Shown: piece after piece, positions 58,674 through 64,000 of the stretch
How the letters are laid out: the number at the start of each line of letters is the position of its first letter
Position numbering within the stretch: position 1 is the stretch's first letter
Source: Terriglobia bacterium
Lineage (GTDB): Bacteria > Acidobacteriota > Terriglobia > 20CM-2-55-15
Length of the DNA: 64,000 bases
Assembly (NCBI GenBank): GCA_965218585.1
Contig: CBDCLE010000014.1
Span: forward strand, 1 to 64,000
Reading direction: 5' to 3'
Notes under the pieces: model-generated
Seen by the model: the letters and a program-made list of their open reading frames with translations, nothing else
What the model was told of the DNA's origin: nothing
Databases searched by the model: none
Program-made: the position numbers and the translations under genes

Positions 58674-59949
58674 ACAGTCTTGGGAAAATCAGGCCTGAAA
58701 AGACAATCCACACCACCAGCAGGGTGAGCAGAATATTGAAGGTCTGTCCTACCAGGTAGAGCACGAGAGGTTTTCCACGTCCCATCTGTTTCCCGAGTTG
58801 GGAAAAATTAGATTCCAGACCGATGGACAGGAACGCCAGGCAGAAGAACCAGCTCCGGTAGTCACTGGTAACGTCGATGGCTCGGTCCACGGTGTCTGCG
58901 CCCATGATTGGGACGAGGAAGAAGGAGACTATGAACGAAGACGCGATAAAACCCAGGACAAACTTCGGGAAGCGGTTCCAGATTTCTATGGCCTGAGGCC
59001 GGTCACCGGCCCCCGGTTCGACGCGCGTGGCCCAGTACAGCGCGATCCCGAAAGCCATCACGCCGATCAAAAGATTTTGGATCATCTTGACGACGGCGGC
59101 GGTTTGCATCGCGTCATCACCCAGGATTTGGCCCGAAGCCACGACCGCTCCCGTTGAGTCCACCGTGCCGCCAATCCATGCGCCGGCTATGATCGGATCC
59201 AGACCCATGGCCTGGGAAAGAAACGGCATGCCCACCATCATTAGAACTGTGAATATCAGGGTCATTCCGACGGCGAGGGTCAGTTCTTCTTTGCGTGCGC
59301 GACTTGCTCCAGCCGCAGCGATAGCTGCCGAGACACCACACACAGATGTCGCCGCCGCGACCACTATTGCAAACGACGGGGAGAGTCCCAGTCGTCGATG
59401 TCCGAGCCAGAACATCGAAAGCAGGACGATCGGCGTGACTCCCCAGGCCACGATCAATCCATACTGTCCCAGCTCGAGCATTCGTCCGAAGATAACTTCA
59501 GCGCCCAATATGACCAGGCCCGTCTTGATGAAAAGCTCCGTCCGAACCGCAGGTTTCAGCCATTCGGGAGTCCCGATCAGATTGCTTACGATCAGCCCGA
59601 GCAGGAGTGCCCACAGGGCGTAACCCAGACCGTATGCGGCGAGGACTTCGTTGGCCGCTATATAGAAGGCCGCTGTAGCCAGGATGAATACTGCGGGAAA
59701 AGCACGCAGGTAGGAGCCCGCGTCATCTCCAAGCGTTCGAACTGCGATCGTTGTCAGCGCACCCACTCCGAGCATCAACAGGAGGAGTGGCAAGACCAGC
59801 GATGCGGGAATCCCTGACAGCGGTGAAGACCAGCGGGGAATACCCGGAACGGAAGAAACCACGCCTGCAAAAACCGATGCCAGGAGCGCGAAACCGACCC
59901 ACACCGACCACCAGTCTTCACGTTCTACGAATTCCCTGAACCAGCTCAT
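58672..59949 (-). CDS. YeiH/putative sulfate exporter family membrane protein
   Basis: EDWW, FIKTGLVILG, SVCGVSAAIA, GAWIGGT.D.TG.V. Confidence 0.9.
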   Translation of the reverse strand: MSWFREFVEREDWWSVWVGFALLASVFAGVVSSVPGIPRWSSPLSGIPASLVLPLLLLMLGVGALTTIAVRTLGDDAGSYLRAFPAVFILATAAFYIAANEVLAAYGLGYALWALLLGLIVSNLIGTPEWLKPAVRTELFIKTGLVILGAEVIFGRMLELGQYGLIVAWGVTPIVLLSMFWLGHRRLGLSPSFAIVVAAATSVCGVSAAIAAAGASRARKEELTLAVGMTLIFTVLMMVGMPFLSQAMGLDPIIAGAWIGGTVDSTGAVVASGQILGDDAMQTAAVVKMIQNLLIGVMAFGIALYWATRVEPGAGDRPQAIEIWNRFPKFVLGFIASSFIVSFFLVPIMGADTVDRAIDVTSDYRSWFFCLAFLSIGLESNFSQLGKQMGRGKPLVLYLVGQTFNILLTLLVVWIVFSGLIFPRL

Positions 59950-60197
59950 TGTGTGTTCCCCGAAGGCCGTTCCCCGTCTCGTGTCTCCGCGTTAAGGAGT
60001 TCTTCCACGTCTACTTCCGTGTAGAAGAGAGCGCCAGCGTCGAACCCGTCTTCCAGATTCCGGGCCAGTACCGGTCCCAGCCATCCTTTCGTTGCCATCG
60101 GCTCGAGCACACTGATCAGTAGCCAGACCAGGCAAGGGAACAGGAGCGCGGCCAGCAGTTTTCGCGTTCCCGATGTCATGGGCGTTGGTGTTCGCAT
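59946..60197 (-). CDS. Small single-TM protein coupled to the YeiH gene
   Basis: ATGA overlap with the next gene; TM then DAGALFYTEV. Confidence 0.6.
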   Translation of the reverse strand: MRTPTPMTSGTRKLLAALLFPCLVWLLISVLEPMATKGWLGPVLARNLEDGFDAGALFYTEVDVEELLNAETRDGERPSGNTQ

Positions 60198-60282
60198 TTG
60201 AGCCCGACAATTAGACCGAAAATTAACAGGTATGGCAACTGATAGGATGCGATGAGGCTGCCATGATGTCGTTCCCGGAAAA

Positions 60283-60948
60283 TTACATCCAGCGGTCTCG
60301 ACCCTCGTAGTCTGTGTACGGTTTGTTCGGGTGTGCCTTCTTGAAGGCTAGAAACTTCCTGAGCATTCGCTGGTAACGTGCGTTTGATGTCTTGAGGGCG
60401 GTGTGCGGCATGTCGATCAGAAGTTTTTCGACCGCCCACACGTTGCGTCCGGAAAGCCTCCAATTGCTCCGTGTGAAATTGCCCAGATCGGCAACGCCGT
60501 ATCCCGTTATCCGTCCTGAACCGTCGACGTACGGGTCCACGTAGCTGAGCGCCAGTTCACGGATCGTCCGAAACGCGGGCCTGCGCCCGGGCAGTCCAAC
60601 GTCCCTGGATTTTGCTATCGTTCCCCAGCTCTCCCCGACCTTGAACAGGAAGAGGACATGATCCAGGTAGTCGACCGATTCCAGGTCCAGCAGCAGGGGC
60701 GGGTAGCCATGCTGTTCCATGATCGTCGCAGCGGCGAGTGCGGCCTCGATGCAGTTGGCACTGCCATGCCGGACCACTTCTCGAAACGTTCTCAGCGTAT
60801 CGGCTTCCCAATTGTAGGGCAGGGAACGCAGATACCGCTGCAGTTGAAGGGGCGTCCGGTATTTCCCGATGATCGCACGTTCCTTGCTGGTGAACTCTTG
60901 AGGAACGGGTGTGGGGGACGATTCTCTCAGGTCTCGTTTCGATCGCAA
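60283..60948 (-). CDS. Hypothetical protein with transglutaminase-like Cys/His motifs
   Basis: LPYNWE..ANCIEAALAAA..DHVLFLF..WG.IAKS. Confidence 0.7.
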   Translation of the reverse strand: MRSKRDLRESSPTPVPQEFTSKERAIIGKYRTPLQLQRYLRSLPYNWEADTLRTFREVVRHGSANCIEAALAAATIMEQHGYPPLLLDLESVDYLDHVLFLFKVGESWGTIAKSRDVGLPGRRPAFRTIRELALSYVDPYVDGSGRITGYGVADLGNFTRSNWRLSGRNVWAVEKLLIDMPHTALKTSNARYQRMLRKFLAFKKAHPNKPYTDYEGRDRWM

Positions 60949-60969
60949 GGCAGATCCTGGAGTGGAATC

Positions 60970-61527
60970 CTATTTCGACGCCTGGGTCGCCCGGGCCAAG
61001 CGTTCCTGGAACTGGCGGGTCAGGTGAGGCACGACGCCGACCATGCGTTCGAGCAGCATGAGCTGACCGCGGTGATGCATTCCGTGTTCTTTTACCGAAA
61101 GCAATATTTCGAATCGACTCTTAGTAGGTGGATCTGCTCCCTCGGGGAACGAGACGGATTCTGCGAGGAACTCTTCGGATGCTGCTTCAAGAAATTGAGT
61201 CCAGGTTTCTCCCTCCTTCTTGAGCAGAGCAATCACCTCGGCCTTGGTGCGCGATTGTGCTTCTTCGCTCCGGAGTTGCTCCAGCATGCCGCGGAAATCA
61301 AAGCCTTCGAGCGTGGACCTTTTTTCGACGGCGTGCACCTGGTAGGTGAATCTCGATGATAGCGCGATGTGTGTGAGGAGCTTCTCGATCGTCCGGCTCT
61401 CGGCGTCGGCCTGGAACGAATAATGTTCTTCGGGAATATCTTCCGCAATCTGAATCGTATTCTGACGGACCGTTGTCGCACTCGCCGCCAGCTCTTTCGC
61501 ACCGTAGTAATTCATTCTTTCCTCCAA
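60970..61527 (-). CDS. DinB-family protein
   Basis: IPEE.Y.F..RT..LL.HIA; EHGMHHRGQL. Confidence 0.9.
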   Translation of the reverse strand: MEERMNYYGAKELAASATTVRQNTIQIAEDIPEEHYSFQADAESRTIEKLLTHIALSSRFTYQVHAVEKRSTLEGFDFRGMLEQLRSEEAQSRTKAEVIALLKKEGETWTQFLEAASEEFLAESVSFPEGADPPTKSRFEILLSVKEHGMHHRGQLMLLERMVGVVPHLTRQFQERLARATQASK

Positions 61528-61671
61528 TGATGATTCCTAATTCTACGGCATTTTTCCCGGGCGTCCCCGGACCGGGGGTTGGAAAAGCGTGTCCGGGACT
61601 ACAGTTCGCCATCGAGAATTCGATAAGATGGAGGTTGGGAAGTTGGCTTCCCGCTATTGGACTTATGTGAA

Positions 61672-62549
61672 ATGAACCGGACATTTAGATCACTACCCGT
61701 ATTGGCCGTCTTCCTGCTGTGCCTGTCTCCTTCGGGCATGGGACAGTCCCGGGCGCCTCTTCCGGATGCCGGCGAGGTCCTTGCCGGGGTGCGGACCCGA
61801 CTCGGGGGGCAATACAACGAAGAAGATGCGTTGAAAGGCTATGTGTACCGCGTTGACGTGGCTCGGCACGAGTTGGACGGGAACGATGCGATCGAGACGA
61901 CCGAGACGACCGAGGCTGAGGTTTACTATTTCGATCATGGTCCGTTTCGAAAGCTGTTGGCCGAGAACGGCGCCGGCCTCTCCGAAGATGCCGCCGGGGA
62001 ACAGGAAGAAGAGTTCCATAGACATGTCCGCGGTGCGGTCACGCAGGACTTCGATCGACGACCGTGGCTCTATTCCATGGGTGATGGAGCAGAGGATCGG
62101 GATAAAGCCATCGCCGATGTCGTCAACGGATTCGAATTTACGATCATTGGACGCGAGCTGGTCGAGGGCCGGCCGGCGATTGTCATCGAATTCATCCCCG
62201 AGAAGATGCGGAATACGAGAGCCGTGTCGGAGAAATGGTCCTTTCCAACGTCGTCGGCCACGCGTGGGTCGACGAGGCGGACCTCAGCCTGGTACGTATC
62301 GACGCCGAGATCGTCGACGCTATTACGGTGGGTCCCTTCGGGTCCCTCGCCCGAATCAGTGAGGGGACCGAGTATGTTCGCGAGTGGCGGAAGGTGAACG
62401 ATGAGGTCTGGTTGCCGTCACGCCTGAGCATGACGATCGAAGCGCGTGCCCCCCTTCTCCGTAAGACTCACCGCAAGATCGAGGAGCAGTATTCCGATTA
62501 CCGACGGTTTCATGTCGACACGGAATTCGAAATCCAGTTTGAGGACTGA
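61672..62549 (+). CDS. Secreted hypothetical protein with an apparent frameshift near 62203
   Basis: Signal-bearing ORF 61657..62397 (..GRPAIVIEFIP) continues logically in the frame of 62235..62549 (GHAWVDEAD..VWLP..YSDYRRF). Confidence 0.65.
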
Positions 62550-62579
62550 GAGCCTACGCTTTCTGGAACGATTTTTTGT

Positions 62580-62641
62580 TGTAGGTGCGGTCTGTGACCG
62601 CACATCATATATTGATTGTGCGCTCGTAGAGCGCACCTACA
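62580..62641. repeat. GTAG-type REP doublet, second copy
   Basis: tgtaggtgcggtctgtgaccgcac..gtgcgctcgtagagcgcacctaca. Confidence 0.8.
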
Positions 62642-62663
62642 GATTAGCAGTGGAGAAGAGGAA

Positions 62664-63563
62664 ATGAAGGCGCTGGTTACCGGGGCGACCGGCTTCATTG
62701 GCGGCGAGTTGCTCAAACGGCTTGATAACCCCGTTGGCTTGACTCGGAACGCCGAAAGCATGGCTCGAAAGCGGCCTGGTGTCCCGACGTGGGCGTGGGA
62801 ACCGACCGAAGGGCCACCCCCGGCTCAAGCGTTCGATGGTGTAACCGCAGTCTTTCATCTGGCAGGCGATCCCGTTGCAAAAGGACGATGGACTGGAACG
62901 AAGAAGGAGGAAATTCGCTCCAGTCGGATCGAAGGTACTCGACACTTGGTGGATACACTCGTCGCCATGGAAGAGCGCCCAGCTTGTCTGGTGAGCGCTT
63001 CAGCCGTCGGGTATTATGGCGATCGGGGGGACGAAATCCTGGACGAGAAATCCAGTCCCGACGGTTCTTTCCTGGCCGAGGTCTGTCAGGCGTGGGAGCA
63101 AGAAGCATTACGGGCCGAAGAACACGGGATTCGAGTCGTGACAGTGAGAACGGGTATCGTGTTGGGATCGGGAGGTGGGGCGTTACAGTCGATGTTGCTG
63201 CCTTTCAAGCTGGGTTTGGGCGGCCGGCTGGGAAGCGGGCGGCAGTGGATGCCCTGGATTCACATAGAAGACCTGGTTCGTCTGATGCTTTATGCTGCCG
63301 TCCAAACGGAAATACGAGGCCCCGTGAACGGGGTTTCGCCAAATCCTGTCGCCAACAGGGGATTTACCCGTGCGTTGGCCGGCGTTCTTCGCCGACCCGC
63401 CTTTTTCCCCATGCCCGCCGCTGTTTTGAGGATCGTCCTGGGCGAGTTTGCGACGGTCCTTCTCGCATCCCAGCGCGTGATTCCCAACGTGGCAATTCAA
63501 TCCGGATTCACGTTCGAACATCCTGAATTGACGCGTGCGCTTGCCCAGATCCTGTCTACTTAG
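62664..63563 (+). CDS. TIGR01777/YfcH-type NAD-dependent epimerase family protein
   Basis: TGATGFIG, SASAVGYYG, GGRLGSGRQWMPWIH, SQRV.P. Confidence 0.92.
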   Translation: MKALVTGATGFIGGELLKRLDNPVGLTRNAESMARKRPGVPTWAWEPTEGPPPAQAFDGVTAVFHLAGDPVAKGRWTGTKKEEIRSSRIEGTRHLVDTLVAMEERPACLVSASAVGYYGDRGDEILDEKSSPDGSFLAEVCQAWEQEALRAEEHGIRVVTVRTGIVLGSGGGALQSMLLPFKLGLGGRLGSGRQWMPWIHIEDLVRLMLYAAVQTEIRGPVNGVSPNPVANRGFTRALAGVLRRPAFFPMPAAVLRIVLGEFATVLLASQRVIPNVAIQSGFTFEHPELTRALAQILST

Positions 63564-64000
63564 TTCTCCGGTTCAGGAAGTCTCGGAGCCCTAGCCCGCC
63601 ACCAACCCGCCAGAACACTGCCGATCAAAGAGTGGAAAAGGCTGGAGATGGCACTGGGTACGGCGACGAGAGGATTGGCGAAGTTCTGTCCTGCCAATAC
63701 GACGCCCAGCCCGGAATTCTGCATACCCACCTCGATCGAGACCGTACGGGCCGACATGACGTTCGCCGACATCAGTCGGGTTAATACGTAACCGAGACCG
63801 AAACCGCAGATGTGAAGTCCGAAGACGGCGCCGATCAGCAGGAATCCGGACTCGATGACGGCGGCCCGGCTTGCGCCGATGATCGAGGCGACAATCATCG
63901 TGATCAATATCACCGAAGTCAGTGGGGCGACGGGGAGCACTAGCCGGGTGAGCCGAGGGGCGTATCGCCTCAGCGCGAGACCCATCACGATCGGAACAAT
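63560..64000 (-). CDS. Bile acid:sodium symporter family protein (3' part)
   Basis: RTVSIEVGMQNSGLG..LA; runs off the right edge. Confidence 0.92.
   Translation of the reverse strand: MVPIVMGLALRRYAPRLTRLVLPVAPLTSVILITMIVASIIGASRAAVIESGFLLIGAVFGLHICGFGLGYVLTRLMSANVMSARTVSIEVGMQNSGLGVVLAGQNFANPLVAVPSAISSLFHSLIGSVLAGWWRARAPRLPEPEN

Noticed and set aside
1-64000. tRNA, rRNA, prophage and defence-system genes
   Set aside because: None recognised by eye; tRNAscan-SE, Rfam and DefenseFinder were not run.

Overview
GC-rich bacterial chromosomal window, probably from an Acidobacteriota-like genome (inferred from a duplicated orphan ABC permease, DUF6152-type proteins and kinase/TolB-type C-terminal remnants). 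Bases 1-16.5 kb hold a minus-strand dcw cluster (mraZ-rsmH-ftsL-ftsI-murE-murF-mraY-murD-ftsW-murG-murC-ftsQ-ftsA-ftsZ) with 10-bp-periodic MraZ boxes. Next come ychF, a ZIP transporter, a DksA/TraR gene and a very divergent IlvD/Edd-family gene. From about 21.6 to 56 kb is a mosaic accessory region with an IS1595 element carrying a P63C passenger and four IS256-family copies. Two IS256 copies have intact 8-bp TSDs and split a diheme cytochrome c gene and hspQ. The other two share one TSD and bound a 19.2-kb inversion that separates the two halves of a SYLF/Ysc84 gene. The region also holds a 33-bp perfect palindrome with an 8-bp TSD that truncates gdh, a highly structured 270-bp MITE, integron-cassette (attC) remnants and an unnamed ~40-bp repeat found eight times between unrelated single-gene modules. 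The right end has TauE, Rieske-fusion, YeiH, DinB, YfcH and bile-acid symporter genes. Some single-base frameshifts (including one in ftsA) are probably assembly errors. All family calls are from motif recognition by eye; no database searches were run.
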